Shown here: piece by piece, positions 26,640-42,730 of the stretch
How the letters are laid out: each line of letters opens with the position of its first letter
Numbering within the stretch: the stretch's first letter is position 1
Assembly: GCA_964016885.1 (NCBI GenBank)
Contig: OZ024754.1
Coordinates: forward strand, 19,654,001-19,718,000
Source of the DNA: Eledone cirrhosa
Lineage: Eukaryota
DNA: 64,000 bases
Direction of reading: 5' to 3'
Position numbers and translations under genes: made by a program
The notes under the pieces: generated by a model
Database searches by the model: none
What the model saw: the letters and a program-made list of their open reading frames with translations, nothing else
Told to the model about the DNA's origin: nothing

Positions 26640-29600
26640 TGTGGCTAAAATGACTCTTCCATGATATAGTTACTTTAGTTTCAACACAGTCTCAGATCAA
26701 GTCACTTGCCAGACATGTACAACTGTAGCTAAAATGAATCTTCCATGATATAGTACTTTAGTTACAACACAGTCTCAGATCAAGTCACTTGCCAGACATG
26801 TACAACTGTGGCTAAAATGACTCTTCCATGATATAGTTACTTTAGTTTCAACACAGCCTTTGATCAAGTCACTTGCCAGACATCTACAACTGTGGATAAA
26901 ATGACTCTACCATGATATAGTTACTTTAGTTTCAACACCGTCTCAGATCAAGTCACTTGCCAGACATGTACAACTGTGGCTAAAATTTCTCTTCCATGAT
27001 ATAGTTACTTTAGTTTCAACACAATCTCAGATCAAGTCACTTACCATACATGTACAACTGTGGCTAGAATGACTCTTCCATGATATAGTTACTTTAGTTT
27101 CAACACAATCTCAGATCAAGTCACTTGCCAGACATGTGCAACTGTGGCTAGAATGAATCTTCAATGATATAGTTACTTTAGTTTCAACACAATCTCAGAT
27201 CAAGTCACTTGCCAGACATCTACAACTGGGGCTAAAATGACTCTTCCATGATACAGTTACTTTAGTTTGAACACAGTCTTAGATCAAGTCACTGACCAGA
27301 CATGTACAACTGTGGCTGAAATGACTCTTCCATGATATAGTTACTTTTGTTTCAACACAGTCTCAGATCGAGTCACTTGCAGACATGTACAACTGTGGCT
27401 AAAATGACTCTTCCATGATATAGTTACTTTAGTTTCAACACAGTCTCAGATCAAGTGACTTGCCAGACATGTACAACTGTTGCTAAAATGACTCTTCCAT
27501 GATATAGTTACTTCAGATTCAACAGAGTCTCAGATCAAGTCACTTGCCAGACATGTACAAGTGTAGCAAAAATGACTCTTCAATGATATAGTTACTTTAG
27601 TTTCAACACAATCTCAGATCAAGTCACTTGCCAGGGATGTACAACTGTTACTAAAATGACTCTTCCATGATATAGTTACTTAAGTTTCAACACAGTCACA
27701 GATCAAGTCACTTGCCAGACATGTGCAACTGTGGCTAAAATGACTCTTCCATGATATAGTTACTTTAGTTTCAATACAGTCTCAGATCTAGTCACTTGCC
27801 AGACATGTACAACTGTGGCTAAAATGACTCTTCCATGATATAGTTACTTTAGATTGGACACAGTCTCAGATCAAGTCACTTACCAGACATGTACAACTGA
27901 GGCTAAAATGAAGCTTCCATGATATAGTTACTTTAGTTTCACCACAGTCACAGATCAAGTCAATTGCCAGACATGTACAACTGTGGCTAAAATGACTCTT
28001 CCATGATATAGTTACTTTAGTTTCAACACAGTCTCAGATCAAGTCACTTGCCAGACATGTACAACTGTAGCTAAAATGAATCTTCCATGATATAGTACTT
28101 TAGTTACAACACAGTCTCAGATCAAGTCACTTGCCAGACATGTACAACTGTGGCTAAAATGACTCTTCCATGATATAGTTACTTTAGTTTCAACACAGCC
28201 TTTGATCAAGTCACTTGCCAGACATGTACAACACTGGCTAAAATGACTCTTCCATGATATAGTTACTTTAGTTTCAACACTGTCTCAGATCAGGTCACTT
28301 GCCAGACATGTACAACTGTTGCTAAAATGACTCTTTCATGATATAGTTACTTTAGTTTCAACACAGTCTTAGATCAAGCCACTTTCCAGACATGTACAAT
28401 TGTGGCTAAAATAACTCTTCCATGATATAGTTACTTTAGTTTCTACACAGTCTCAGATCAAGTCACTTGCCAGACATGTACAACTGTGGCTAAAATGATT
28501 GTTCCATGATATAGTTACTTTAGTTTCAACACAGTCTCAGATCAAGTCACTTGCCAGACATGTACAACTGTGACTAAATTGATTCTTCCATGATATAGTT
28601 ACTTTAGTTTCAACACAATCTCAGATCAAGTCACTTGCCAGACATGTACAACTGTGGATAAAATGACTCTTCCATGATATAGTTACTTTAGTTTCAACAC
28701 CGTCTCAGATCAAGTCACTTACCATACATGTACAACTGTGGCTAGAATGACTCTTCCATGATATAGTTACTTTAGTTTCAACACAATCTCAGATCAAGTC
28801 ACTTGCCAGACATGTGCAACTGTGGCTAGAATGAATCTTCAATGATATAGTTACTTTAGTTTCAACACAATCTCAGATCAAGTCACTTGCCAGACATCTA
28901 CAACTGGGGCTAAAATGACTCTTCCATGATACAGTTACTTTAGTTTGAACACAGTCTTAGATCAAGTCACTGACCAGACATGTACAACTGTGGCTAAAAT
29001 GACTCTTCCATGATATAGTTACCTTTGTTTCAACACAGTCTCAGATCAAGTCACTTGCAGACATCTACAACTGGGGCTAAAATGACTCTTCCATGATATA
29101 GTTACTTTAGTTTCAACACAGTCTCAGATCAAGTCACTTGCCAGACATGTACAACTGTTGCTAAAATGACTCTTCCATGATATAGTTACTTCAGATTCAA
29201 CACAGTCTCAGATCAAGTCACTTGCCAGACATGTACAAGTGTAGCAAAATGACTCTTCAATGATATAGTTACTTTAGTTTCAACGCAATCTCAGATCAAG
29301 TCACTTGCCAGGGATGTACAACTGTAACTAAAATGACTCTTCCATGATATAGTTACTTAAGTTTCAACACAGTCACAGATCAAGTCACTTGCCAGACATG
29401 TGCAACTGTGGCTAAAATGACTCTTCCATGATATAGTTACTTTAGTTTCAACACAGTCTCAGATCAAGTCACTTGCCAGACATGTACAACTGTGGCTAAA
29501 ATGACTCTTCCATGATATAGTTACTTTAGATTGGACACAGTCTCAGATCAAGTCACTTACCAGACATGTACAACTGAGGCTAAAATGACGCTTCCATGAT

Positions 29601-30660
29601 ATAGTTACTTTAGTTTCACCACAGTCACAGATCAAGTCACTTGCCAGACATGTACAACTGTGGCTAAAATGACTCTTCCATGATATAGTTACTTTAGTTT
29701 CAACACAGTCTCAGATCAAGTCACTTGCCAGACATGTACAACTGTAGCTAAAGTGAATCTTCCATGATATAGTACTTTAGTTACAACACAGTCTCAGATC
29801 AAGTCACTTGCCAGACATGTACAACTGTGGCTAAAATCACTCTTCCATGATATAGTTACTTTAGTTTCAACACAGCCTTTGATCAAGTCACTTGCCAGAC
29901 ATGTACAACTGTGGCTAAAATGACTCTTCCATGATATAGTTACTTTAGTTTCAACACTGTCTCAGATCAGGTCACTTGCCAGACATGTACAACTGTTGCT
30001 AAAATGACTCTTTCATGATATAGTTACTTTAGTCTGAACACAGTCTTAGATCAAGCCACTTGCCAGACATGTACAATTGTGGCTAAAATAACTCTTCCAT
30101 GATATAGTTACTTTAGTTTCAACACAGTCTCAGATCAAGTCACTTGCCAGCCATGTACAACTGTGGCTAAAATGAATGTTCCATGATATAGTTACTTTAG
30201 TTTCAACACAGTCTCAGATCACGTCACTTGCCAGACATGTACAACTCTGACTAAATTGATTCTTCCATGATATAGTTACTTTAGTTTCAACACAATCTCA
30301 GATCAAGTCACTTGCCAGACATCTACAACTGTTGATAAAATGACTCTTCCAATATATAGTTACTTTAGTTTCAACACCGTCTCAGATCAAGTCACTTGCC
30401 AGACATGTACAACTGTGGCTAACATTTCTCTTCCATGATATAGTTACTTTAGTTTCAACACAATCTCAGATCAAGTCACTTGCCACACGTGTGCAACTGT
30501 GGCTAGAATGAATCTTCAATGATATAGTTACTTTAGTTTCAACACAATCTCAGATCAAGTCACTTGCCAGACATCTACAACTGGGGCTAAAATGACTCTT
30601 CCATGATACAGTTACTTTAGTTTGAACACAGTCTTAGATCAAGTCACTGACCAGACATGT
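26640..30660. repeat. More diverged ~20-monomer repeat units
   Basis: AGATTGGACA at 27851 and 29528 (1677 = 20x84 - 3). CACCGTCTC near 26937, 28698 and 30376. The variant order is the same but many private substitutions are present. Confidence 0.75.
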
Positions 30661-33600
30661 ACAACTGTTGCTAAAATGAATCTTCCATGATATAGTTACT
30701 TTAGTTTCAACACAGTCACAAATCAAGTCACTTACCATGGATGTACAACTGTGGCTAAAATGACTCTTCCATGATATAGTTACTTTAGTTTGAACACAGT
30801 CTCAGATCAAGTCACTTGCCAGACATGTACAACTGTTGCTAAAATGACTCTTCCATGATATAGTTACTTTAGTTTCAACATAGTCTCAGATCAAGTCACT
30901 TGTCAGACATGTACAACTGTGGCTAAAATGACTCTTCCATGGTATAGTTACTTTAGTTTGAACACAGTCTTAGATCAAGTCACTTGCCAGACATGTACAA
31001 CTGTGGCTAAAATAACTCTTCCATGATATAGTTACTTTAGTTTCAACACAGTCTCAGATAAAGTCACTTGCCAGACATGTACAACTGTGGCTAAAATAAC
31101 TCTTCCATGATATATTTACTTTAGTTTCAACACAGTCTCAGATAAAATCCCTTGCCAGGCATCTACAACTCTGTCTAAAATGACTCTTCCATGATATAGT
31201 TACTTTAGTTTCAACACATTCACAGATCAAGTCACTTGCCAGACATGTACAACTGTGGTTAAAATGACTATCCATGATATAGTTACTTTAGTTTCAACAC
31301 AGTCACAGATCAAGACACTTACCAGACATGTAAAACTGTAGCTAACAGGACTCTTCCATGATATAGTTACTTTAGTTTCAACACAGTCTCAGATCAAGTG
31401 ACTTTCCAAACATGTACAACTGTGGCTAAAATGACTCTTCCATGATATAGTTACTTTAGTTTCAACACATTCACAGATCAAGTCACTTGCCAGACATGTA
31501 CAACTGTGGTTAAAATGACTATCCATGATATAGTTACTTTAGTTTCAACACAGTCTCAGATCAAGTCACATACCATACATGTACAACTGTGGCTAGAATG
31601 ACTCTTCCATGATATAGTTACTTTAGTTTCAACACTGTTTCACATCAAGTCACTTGCCAGACGTGTACAACTGTGGCTAAAATGACTCTTCCATGATATA
31701 GTTACTTTAGTTTCAACACATTCACAGATCAAGTCACTTGCCAGACATGTACAACTGTGGCTAAAATGACTATCCATGATATAGTTACTTTAGTTTCAAC
31801 ACAGACACAGATCAAGTCACTTGCCAGACATGTACAAGTGTAGCAAAAATGACTCTTCAATGATATAGTTACTTTAGTTTCAACACAATCTCAGATCAAG
31901 TCACTTGCCAGGGATGTACAACTGTAACTAAAATGATTCTTCCATGATATATTTACTTTAGTTTCAACACAATCTCAGATCAAGTCACTTGCTAGACATG
32001 TGCAACTGTGGCTAAAATGACTCTTCCATGATACAGTTACTTTAGTTTGAACACAGTCTTAGATCAAGTCACTGACCAGACATGTACAACTGTGGCTAGA
32101 ATGACTCTTCCATGATATAGTTACTTTAGTTTCAACACATTCACAGATCAAGTCACTTGCCAGACATGTACAACTGTGGCTAAAATGACTATCCATGATA
32201 TAGTTACCTTAGTTTCAACACAGTCACAAATCAAGACACTTACCAGACATGTCAAAAATGTAGCTAAAATGACTCTTCCATGATATAGTTACTTTAGTTT
32301 GAACACAGTCTTAGATCAAGTCACTTGCCATACATGTACAACTGTGGCTAAAATGACTCTTCCATGATATAGTTACTTTAGTTTCAACACAGTCTCAGAT
32401 CAAGTCACTTGCCAGACATGTACAACTGTGGCTAAAATGACTCTTCCATGATATAGTTACTTTAGTTTCAACACAATCTCAGATCAAGTCACTTACCATA
32501 CATGTACAACTGTGGCTAGAATGACTCTTCCATGACATAGTTACTTTAGTTTCAACACAATCTCAGATCAAGTCACTTACCATACATGTACAACTGTGGC
32601 TAGAATGACTCTTCCATGACATAGTTACTTTAGTTTCAACACAATCTCAGATCAAGTCACTTGCCAGACATGTACAACTGTGGCTAAAATGACTCTTCCA
32701 TGATATAGTTACTTTAGTTTCAACACAATCTCAGATCAAGTCACTTACCATACATGTACAACTGTGGCTAAAATGACTCTTCCATGATATAGTTACTTTA
32801 GTTTCAACACAATCTTAGATCAAGTCACTTGCCAGACATGTACAACTGTGGCTAAAATGACTCTTCCATGATATAGTTACTTTAGTTTCAACACAATCTC
32901 AGATCAAGTCACTTACCATACATGTACAACTGTGGCTAGAATGACTCTTTCATGATATATTTACTTTAGTTTGAACACAGTCTTAGATCAAGTCACTTAT
33001 CAGACATGTACAGCTGTGGCTAAAATGACTCTTCCATGATATAGTTACTTTAGTTTCAACACAGTCTCAGATCAAGTCACTTGCCAGACATGTACAACTG
33101 TGGATAAAATGACTCTTCCATGATATAGTTACTTTAGTTTCAACACAATCTCAGATCAAGTCACTTACCATACATGTACAACTGTGGCTAGAATGACTCT
33201 TCCATGATATAGTTACTTTAGTTTCAACACAATCTCAGATCAAGTCACTTGCCAGACATGTACAACTGTGGCTAAGATGACTCTTCCATGATATAGTTAC
33301 TTTAGTTTCAACACAATCTCAGATCAAGTCACTTACCATACATGTACAACTGTGGCTAAAATGACTCTTCCATGATATAGTTACTTTAGTTTGAACACAG
33401 TCTTAGATCAAGTCACTTGCCAGACATGTACAACTGTGGCTAAAATGACTCTTCCATGATATAGTTACTTTAGTTTCAACACAGTCTCAGATCTATTCAC
33501 TTGCCAGACATGTACAACTGTGGCTAAAATGACTCTTCCATGATATAGTTACTTTAGTTTGAACACAGTCTTAGATCAAGTCACTTGCCAGACATGTACA

Positions 33601-34659
33601 ACTGTGGCTAAAATAACTCTTCCATGATATAGTTACTTTAGTTTCAACACAGTCTCAGATAAAGTCACTTGCCAGACATGTACAACTGTGGCTAAAATGA
33701 CTCTTCCATGATATAGTTACTTTAGTTTCAACACAATATCAGATCAAGTCACTTGCCAGACATGTACAACTGTGGCTAAAATGACTCTTCCATGATATAG
33801 TTACTTTAGTTTGAACACAGTCTCAGATCAAGTCACTTGCCAGACATGTACAACTGTGGCTAAAATGACTCTTCCATGATATAGTTAATTTAGTTTCAAC
33901 ACAATCTCAGATCAAGTCACTTACCATACATGTACAACTGTGGCTAGAATGACTCTTCCATGATATAGTTACTTTAGTTTCAACACAGTTTCAGATCAAG
34001 TCACTTGCCAGACGTGTACAACTGTGGCTAAAATGACTCTTCCATGATATAGTTACTTTAGTTTCAACACATTCACAGATCAAGTCACTTGCCAGACATG
34101 TACAACTGTGGCTAAAATGACTATCCATGATATAGTTACTTTAGTTTCAACACAGACACAGATCAAGTCACTTGCCAGACATGTACAAGTGTAGCAAAAA
34201 TGACTCTTCAATGATATAGTTACTTTAGTTTCAACACAATCTCAGATCAAGTCACTTGCTAGGGATGTACAACTGTAACTAAAATGATTCTTCCATGATA
34301 TATTTACTTTAGTTTCAACACAATCTCAGATCAAGTCACTTACCATACATGTACAACTGTGGCTAGAATGACTCTTCCATGATATAGTTACTTTAATTTG
34401 AACACAGTCTTAGATCAAGTCACTTATCAGACATGTACAGCTGTGGCTAAAATGACTCTTCCATGATATAGTTACTTTAGTTTGAACACCGTCTTAGAGC
34501 AAGTCACTTGCCAGACATGTACAACTGTGGCTAAAATGACTCTTCCATGATATAGTTACTTTAGTTTCAACACATTCACAGATCAAGTCACTTGCCAGAC
34601 ATGTACAACTGTGGCTAAAATGACTATCCATGATATAGTTACCTTAGTTTCAACACAGT

Positions 34660-36635
34660 CACAGATCAAGACACTTACCAGACATGTAAAACTGTAGCTA
34701 ACATGACTCTTCCATGATATAGTTACTTTAGTTTCAACACAGTCTCAGATCAAGTCACTTGCCAGACATGTACAACTGTGGCTAAATTGACTCTTCCATG
34801 ATATAGTTACTTTAGTTTCAACACAGTCTCAGATCAAGGCACTTGCCAGACGTGTACAACTGTGGCTAAAATGACTCTTCCATGAAATAGTTACTTTAGT
34901 TTCAACACATTCACAGATCACGTCACTTGCCAGACATGTACAACTGTGGCTAAAATGACTATCCATGATATAGTTACTTTAGTTTCAACACAGACACAGA
35001 TCAAGTCACTTGCCAGACATGTACAAGTGTAGCAAAAATGACTCTTCAATGATATAGTTACTTTAGTTTCAACACATTCACAGATCAAGTCACTTGCCAG
35101 ACATGTAAAACTGTAGCTAACATGACTCTTCCATGATATAGTTACTTTAGTTTGAACACAGTCTTAGATCAAGTCACTTGCCAGACATGTACAACTGTGG
35201 CTAAAATAACTCTTCCATGATATAGTTACTTTAGTTTCAACACAGTCTCAGATAAAGTCACTTGCCAGACATCTACAACTGTGGCTAAAATGACTCTTCC
35301 ATGATATAGTTACTTTAGTTTCAACACAGTCTCAGATCAAGTCACTTGCCAGACATGTACAACTGTGGCTAAAATGACTCTTCCATGATATAGTTACTTT
35401 AGTTTCAACACAGTTTCAGATCAAGTCACTTGCCAGACGTGTACAACTGTGGCTAAAATGACTCTTCCATGATATAGTTACTTTAGTTTCAACACATTCA
35501 CAGATCAAGTCACTTGCCAGACATGTACAACTGTGGCTAAAATGACTATCCATGATATAGTTACTTTAGTTTCAACACACACACAGATCAAGTCACTTGC
35601 CAGACATGTACAAGTGTAGCAAAAATGACTCTTCAATGATATAGTTACTTTAGTTTCAACACAATCTCAGATCAAGTCACTTGCCAGGGATGTACAACTG
35701 TAACTAAAATGATTCTTCCATGATATATTTACTTTAGTTTCAACACAATCTCAGATGAAGTCACTTGCTAGACATGTGCAACTGTGGCTAAAATGACTCT
35801 TCCATGATACAGTTACTTTAGTTTGAACACAGTCTTAGATCAAGTCACTGACCAGACATGTACAACTGTGGCTAAAATGACTCTTCCATGATATAGTTAC
35901 TTTAGTTTCAACACATTCACAGATCAAGACACTTACCAGACATGTAAAACTGTAGCTAACATGACTCTTCCATGATATAGTTACTTTAGTTTCAACACAG
36001 TCTCAGATCAAGTCACTTGCCAGACATGTACAACTGTGGCTAAATTGACTCTTCCATGATATAGTTACTTTAGTTTCAACACAGTCTCAGATCAAGGCAC
36101 TTGCCAGACGTGTACAACTGTGGCTAAAATGACTCTTCCATGAAATAGTTACTTTAGTTTCAACACATTCACAGATCACGTCACTTGCCAGACATGTACA
36201 ACTGTGGCTAAAATGACTATCCATGATATAGTTACTTTAGTTTCAACACAGACACAGATCAAGTCACTTGCCAGACATGTACAAGTGTAGCAAAAATGAC
36301 TCTTCAATGATATAGTTACTTTAGTTTCAACACATTCACAGATCAAGTCACTTGCCAGACATGTAAAACTGTAGCTAACATGACTCTTCCATGATATAGT
36401 TACTTTAGTTTGAACACAGTCTTAGATCAAGTCACTTGCCAGACATGTACAACTGTGGCTAAAATAACTCTTCCATGATATAGTTACTTTAGTTTCAACA
36501 CAGTCTCAGATAAAGTCACTTGCCAGACATCTACAACTGTGGCTAAAATGACTCTTCCATGATATAGTTACTTTAGTTTCAACACAGTCTCAGATCAAGT
36601 CACTTGCCAGACATGTACAACTGTGGCTAAAATGA
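34660..36635. repeat. Partial duplication at 15-monomer spacing (1258 bp)
   Basis: AGATCAAGGCAC at 34831 and 36089. CATGAAATAG and GATCACGTC variants are shared. The match extends for about 8 monomers. Confidence 0.85.
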
Positions 36636-38919
36636 TTCTTCCATGATATAGTTACTTTAGTTTCAACACAATCTCAGATCAAGTCACTTACCATACATGT
36701 ACAACTGTGGCTAGAATGACTCTTCCATGATATAGTTACTTTAGTTTCAACACAGTTTCAGATCAAGTCACTTGCCAGACGTGTACAACTGTGGCTAAAA
36801 TGACTCTTCCATGATATAGTTACTTTAGTTTCAACACATTCACAGATCAAGTCACTTGCCAGACATGTACAACTGTGGCTAAAATGACTATCCATGATAT
36901 AGTTACCTTAGTTTCAACACAGTCACAAATCAAGACACTTACCAGACATGTAAAACTGTAGCTAAAATGACTCTTCCATGATATAGTTACTTTAGATTGA
37001 ACACAGTCTTAGATCAAGTCACTTGCCAGACATGTACAACTGTGGCTAAAATAACTCTTCCATGATATAGTTACTTTAGTTTCAACACAGTCTTAGATCA
37101 AGTCACTTGCCAGACATGTACAACTGTGGCTAAAATGACTCTTCCATGATATAGTTACTTTAGTTTCAACACAATATCAGATCAAGTCACTTACGATACA
37201 TGTACAACTGTGGCTAGAATGACTCTTCCATGATATAGTTACTTTAGTTTGAACACAGTCTTATATCAAGTCACTTGCCAGACATGTACAACTGTGGCTA
37301 AAATGACTCTTCCGTGATATAGTTACTTTAGTTTCAACACAGTCACAGATCAAGTGACTTGTCAGACATGTACAAGTGTAGCAAAAATGACTCTTCAATG
37401 ATATAGTTACTTTAGTTTGAACACAATCTCAGATCAAGTCACTTGCCAGGGATGTACAACTGTAACTAAGATGACTCTTCCATGATATAGTTACTTTAGT
37501 TTGAACACAGTCACAGATCAAGTCACTTGCCAGACATGTACAACTGTGACTAAAATGATTCTTCCATGATATAGTTACTTTAGTTTCAAAACAATCTCAG
37601 ATAAAATCACTTGCCAGACATGTACAACTGTGGCTAAAATGACTCTTCCATGATATAGTTACTTTAGTTTCAACACAGTCTCAGATCAAGTCACTTGCCA
37701 GACATGTTCATCTGTGGCTAATATGACTCTTCCATGATATAGTTACTTTAGTTTGGACACAGTCTCAGATCAAGTCACTTGCCAGACATGTATAACTGTG
37801 GCTAACATGACTCTTCCATGATATAGTTACTTTAGTTTGAACACAGTCTTATATCAAGTCACTTGCCAGACATGTACAACTGTGGCTAAAATGACTCTTC
37901 CGTGATATAGTTACTTTAGTTTCAACACAGTCACAGATCAAGTGACTTGCCAGACATGTACAACTGTGGTTAAAATGACTCTTTCATGATATAGTTACTT
38001 TAGTTTCACCACAGTCACAGATCAAGTCACTTGCCATACATGTACAACTGTGGCTAAAATGACTCTTCCATGATATAGTTACTTTAGTTTCACCACAGTC
38101 ACAGATCAAGTGACTTGCCAGAAATGTACAACTGTGGCTAAAATGAATCTTCCATGATATAGTTATTTTAGTTTCAACACAGTCTCAGATCAAGTCACTT
38201 GCTAGACATGTACAACTGTAGCTAAAATGAATCTTCCATGATATAGTACTTTAGTTACAACACAGTCTCAGATCAAGTCACTTGCCAGACATGTACAACT
38301 GTGGCTAAAATCACTCTTCCATGATATAGTTACTTTAGTTTCAACACAGTCTCAGATCAAGTCACATGCCAGACATGTACAACTTTTGCTAAAATGACTC
38401 TTCCATGATATAGTTACTTTAGTTTCAACACAATCTCAGATCAAGTCACTTGCCAGGGATGTACAACTGTAACTAAAATGACTCTTCCATGATATAGTTA
38501 CTTTAGTTTCAACACAATCTCAGGTAAAGTCACTTGTCAGTCATGTACAACTGTGGCTAAAATGTCTCTTCCATGATATAGTTACTTTAGTTTCAACACA
38601 GTCTCAGATCAAGTCACTTGCCAGACATGTTCAACTGTGGCTAATATGACTCCTCCATGATATAGTTACTTTAGTTTCAACACAATCTAAGATCAAGTCA
38701 CTTGTCAGTCATGTGCAACTGTGGCTAAAATGACTCTTCCATGATATAATTACTTTAGTTTCAACACAGTCTCAGATCAAGTCACTTGCCAGACATGTAC
38801 AACTGAGGCTGAAACGACTCTTCCATGATATAGTTACTTTAGTTTCACCACAGTCACAGATCAAGTCACTTGCCAGACATCTACAACTGTAGCTAAAATG
38901 ACTCTTCCATGATATAGTT

Positions 38920-41720
38920 ACTTTAGTTTCAACACATTCAAAGATCAAGTCACTTGCCAGACATGTACAACTGTGGCTAAAATGACTCTTCAGTGATATA
39001 GTTACTTTAGTTTCAAAACAGTCTCAGATCAAGTGACTTGCCATACATGTACAACTGTGGTTAAAATGACTCTTCCATGATATAGTTACTTTAGTTTTAC
39101 CACAGTCACAGATCAAGTCACTTGCCATACATGTACAACTGTGGCTAAAATGACTCTTCCATGATATAGTTACTTTAGTTTCACCACAGTCACAGATCAA
39201 GTGACTTGCCAAACATGTACAACTGTGGCTAAAATGACTCTTCCATGATATAGTTACTTTAGTTTCAACACAGTCGCAGATCAAGTCACTTGCCAGACAT
39301 GTACGACTGTAGCTAAAATGAATCTTCCATGATATAGTACTTTAGTTACAACACAGTCTCAGATCAAGTCACTTGCCAGACATGTACAACTGTGGCTAAA
39401 ATGACTCTTCCATGATATAGTTACTTTAGTTTCAACACAGTCTTTGATCAAGTCACTTGCCAGACATGTACAACTGTGGCTAAAATGACTCTTCCATGAT
39501 ATAGTTACTTTAGTTTCAACACAATCTCAGATCAAGTCACTTGTCAGTCATGTGCAACTGTGGCTAAAATGACTCTTCCATGATATAGTTACTTTAGTTT
39601 CAACACAGTCTCAGATCAAGTCACTTGCCAGACATGTACAACTGTGGCTAAAATGACTCTTCCATGATATAGTTACTTTAGTTTCAACACAACCTCAGAT
39701 CAAGTCACTTGTCAGACATCTACAACAGTGGCTAAAATGACTCTACCATGATATAGTTACTTTAGTTTCAACACAGTCACAGATCAAGTCACTTGCCAGA
39801 CATGTACAAGTGTAGCAAAAATGACTCTTCAATGATATAGTTACTTTAGTTTCAAAACAATCTCAGATAAAATCACTTGCCAGACATGTACAACTGTGGC
39901 TAAAATGACTCTTCCATGATATAGTTAATTTAGTTTCAACACAGTCTCAGATCAAGTCACTTGCCAGACATGTTCAACTGTGGCTAATATGACTCTTCCA
40001 TGATATAGTTACTTTAGTTTGGACACAGTCTCAGATCAAGTCACTTGCCAGACATGTACAACTGTGGCTAACATGACTCTTCCATGATATAGTTACTTTA
40101 GTTTGAACACAGTCTTATATCAAGTCACTTACCAGACATGTACAACTGAGGCTAAAATGACTCTTCCATGATATAGTTACTTTAGTTTCACCACAGTCAC
40201 AGATCAAGTCACTTGCCAGACATGTACAACTGTAGCTAAAATGACTCTTCCATGATATAGTTACTTTAGTTTCAACACATTCAAAGATCAAGTCACTTGC
40301 CAGAAATGTACAACTGTGGCTAAAATGACTCTTCCATGATATAGTTATTTTAGTTTCAACACAGTCTCAGATCAAGTCACTTGCTAGACATGTACAACTG
40401 AAGCTAAAATGAATCTTCCATGATATAGTATTTTAGTTACAACACAGTCTCAGATCAAGTCACTTGCCAGACATGTACAACTGTGGCTAAAATCACTCTT
40501 CCATGATATAGTTACTTTAGTTTCAACACAGTCTCAGATCAAGTCACTTGCCAGACATGTACAACTGTTGCTAAAATGACTCTTCCATGATATAGTTACT
40601 TTAGTTTCAACACAATCTCAGATCAGGTCACTTGCCAGGGATGTACAACGGTAACTAAAATGACTCTTCCATGATATAGTTACTTTAGTTTCAACACAGT
40701 CACAGATCAAGTCACTTGCCAGACATGTACCACTGTGACTAAAATGATTCTTCCATGATATAGTTACTTTAGTTTCAAAACAATCTCAGGTAAAGTCACT
40801 TGCCAGACATGTACAACTGTGGCTAAAATGACTCTTCCATGATATAGTTACTTTAGTTTGGACACAGTCTCAGATCATGTCACTTGCCAGACATGTACAA
40901 CTGTGGCTAACATGACTCTTCCATGATATAGTTACTTTAGATTGAACACAGTCTTAGATGAAGTCACTTACCAGACATGTACAACTGTAGCTAAAATGAC
41001 TCTTCCATGATATAGTTACTTTAGTTTCACCACAGTCACAGATCAAGTCACTTGCCAGACATGTACAACTGTAGCTAAAATGACTCTTCCATGATATAGT
41101 TACTTTAGTTTCAACACATTCAAAGATCAAGTCACTTGCCAGACATGTACCACTGTGGCTAAAATGACTCTTCAGTGATATAGTTACTTTAGTTTCAAAA
41201 CAGTCTCAGATCAAGTGACTTGCCATACATGTACAACTGTGGTTAAAATGACTCTTCCATGATATAGTTACTTTAGTTTTACCACAGTCACAGATCAAGT
41301 CACTTGCCATACATGTACAACTGTGGCTAAAATGACTCTTCCATGATATAGTTACTTTAGTTTCACCACAGTCACAGATCAAGTGACTTGCCAGACATGT
41401 ACAACTGTGGCTAAAATGACTCTTCCATGATATAGTTACTTTAGTTTCAACACAGTCGCAGATCAAGTCACTTGCCAGACATGTACAACTGTAGCTAAAA
41501 TGAATCTTCCATGATATAGTACTTTAGTTACAACACAGTCTCAGATCAAGTCACTTGCCAGACATGTACAACTGTGGCTAAAATGACTCTTCCATGATAT
41601 AGTTACTTTAGTTTCAACACAGTCTTTGATCAAGTCACTTGCCAGACATGTACAACTGTGGCTAAAATGACTCTTCCATGATATAGTTACTTTAGTTTCA
41701 ACACAATCTCAGATCAAGTC
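38920..41720. repeat. Non-adjacent duplicate blocks at 26-monomer spacing (2182 bp)
   Basis: Identical 86-aa ORF translations at 39024 and 41206. TTCAGTGATA, TTTTACCAC and GTCGCAGA variants are shared. Confidence 0.88.
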
Positions 41721-42730
41721 ACTTGCCAGACATGTACAACTGTGGCTAAAATGACTCTTCCATGATATAGTTACTTTAGTTTGGACACAGTCTCAGATCA
41801 AGTCACTTGCCAGACATGTACAACTGTGGCTAACATGACTCTTCCATGATATAGTTACTTTAGTTTGAACACAGTCTTAGATCAAGACACTTACCAGACA
41901 TGTACAACTGAGGCTAAAATGACTCTTCCATGATTTTGTTACTTTAGTTTCACCACAGTCACAGATCAAGTCACTTGCCAGACATGTACAACTGTAGCTA
42001 AAATGACTCTTCCATGATATAGTTACTTTAGTTTCAACACATTCAAAGATCAAGTCACTTGCCAGACATGTACAACTGTAGCTAAAATGACTCTTCCGTG
42101 ATATAGTTACTTTAGTTTCAAAACAGTCTCAGATCAAGTGACTTGCCATACATGTACAACTGTGGTTAAAATGACTCTTCCATGATATAGTTACTTTAGT
42201 TTCAACACAGTCGCAGATCAAGTCACTTGCCAGACATGTACAACTGTAGCTAAAATGAATCTTCCATGATATAGTACTTTAGTTACAACACAGTCTCAGA
42301 TCAAGTCACTTGCCAGACATGTACAACTGTGGCTAAAATGACACTTCCATGATATAGTTACTTTAGTTTCAACACAGTCTTTGATCAAGTCACTTGCCAG
42401 ACATGTACAACTGTGGCTAAAATGACTCTTCCATGATATAGTTACTTTAGTTTCAACACAGTGTCAGATAAAGTCACTTGCCAGACGTGTACAACTGTGT
42501 CTAAAATGACTGTTCCATGATATAGTTACTTTAGTTTCAACACAGTCTCAGATCAAGTCACTTGCCAGACATGTACAACTGTGACTAAATTGATTCTTCC
42601 ATGATATAGTTACTTTAGTTTCAACACAATCTCAGATCAAGTCACTTGCCAGACATCTACAACTGTGGCTAAAATGACTCTTCCATGATATAGTTACTTT
42701 AGTTTGGACACAGTCTCAGATCAAGTCATT

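Noticed and set aside
39024-41466. Two identical 86-aa ORFs (39024-39284 and 41206-41466)
   Set aside because: The identity is explained by the 2182-bp block duplication. They are chance stop-free runs, not conserved genes.
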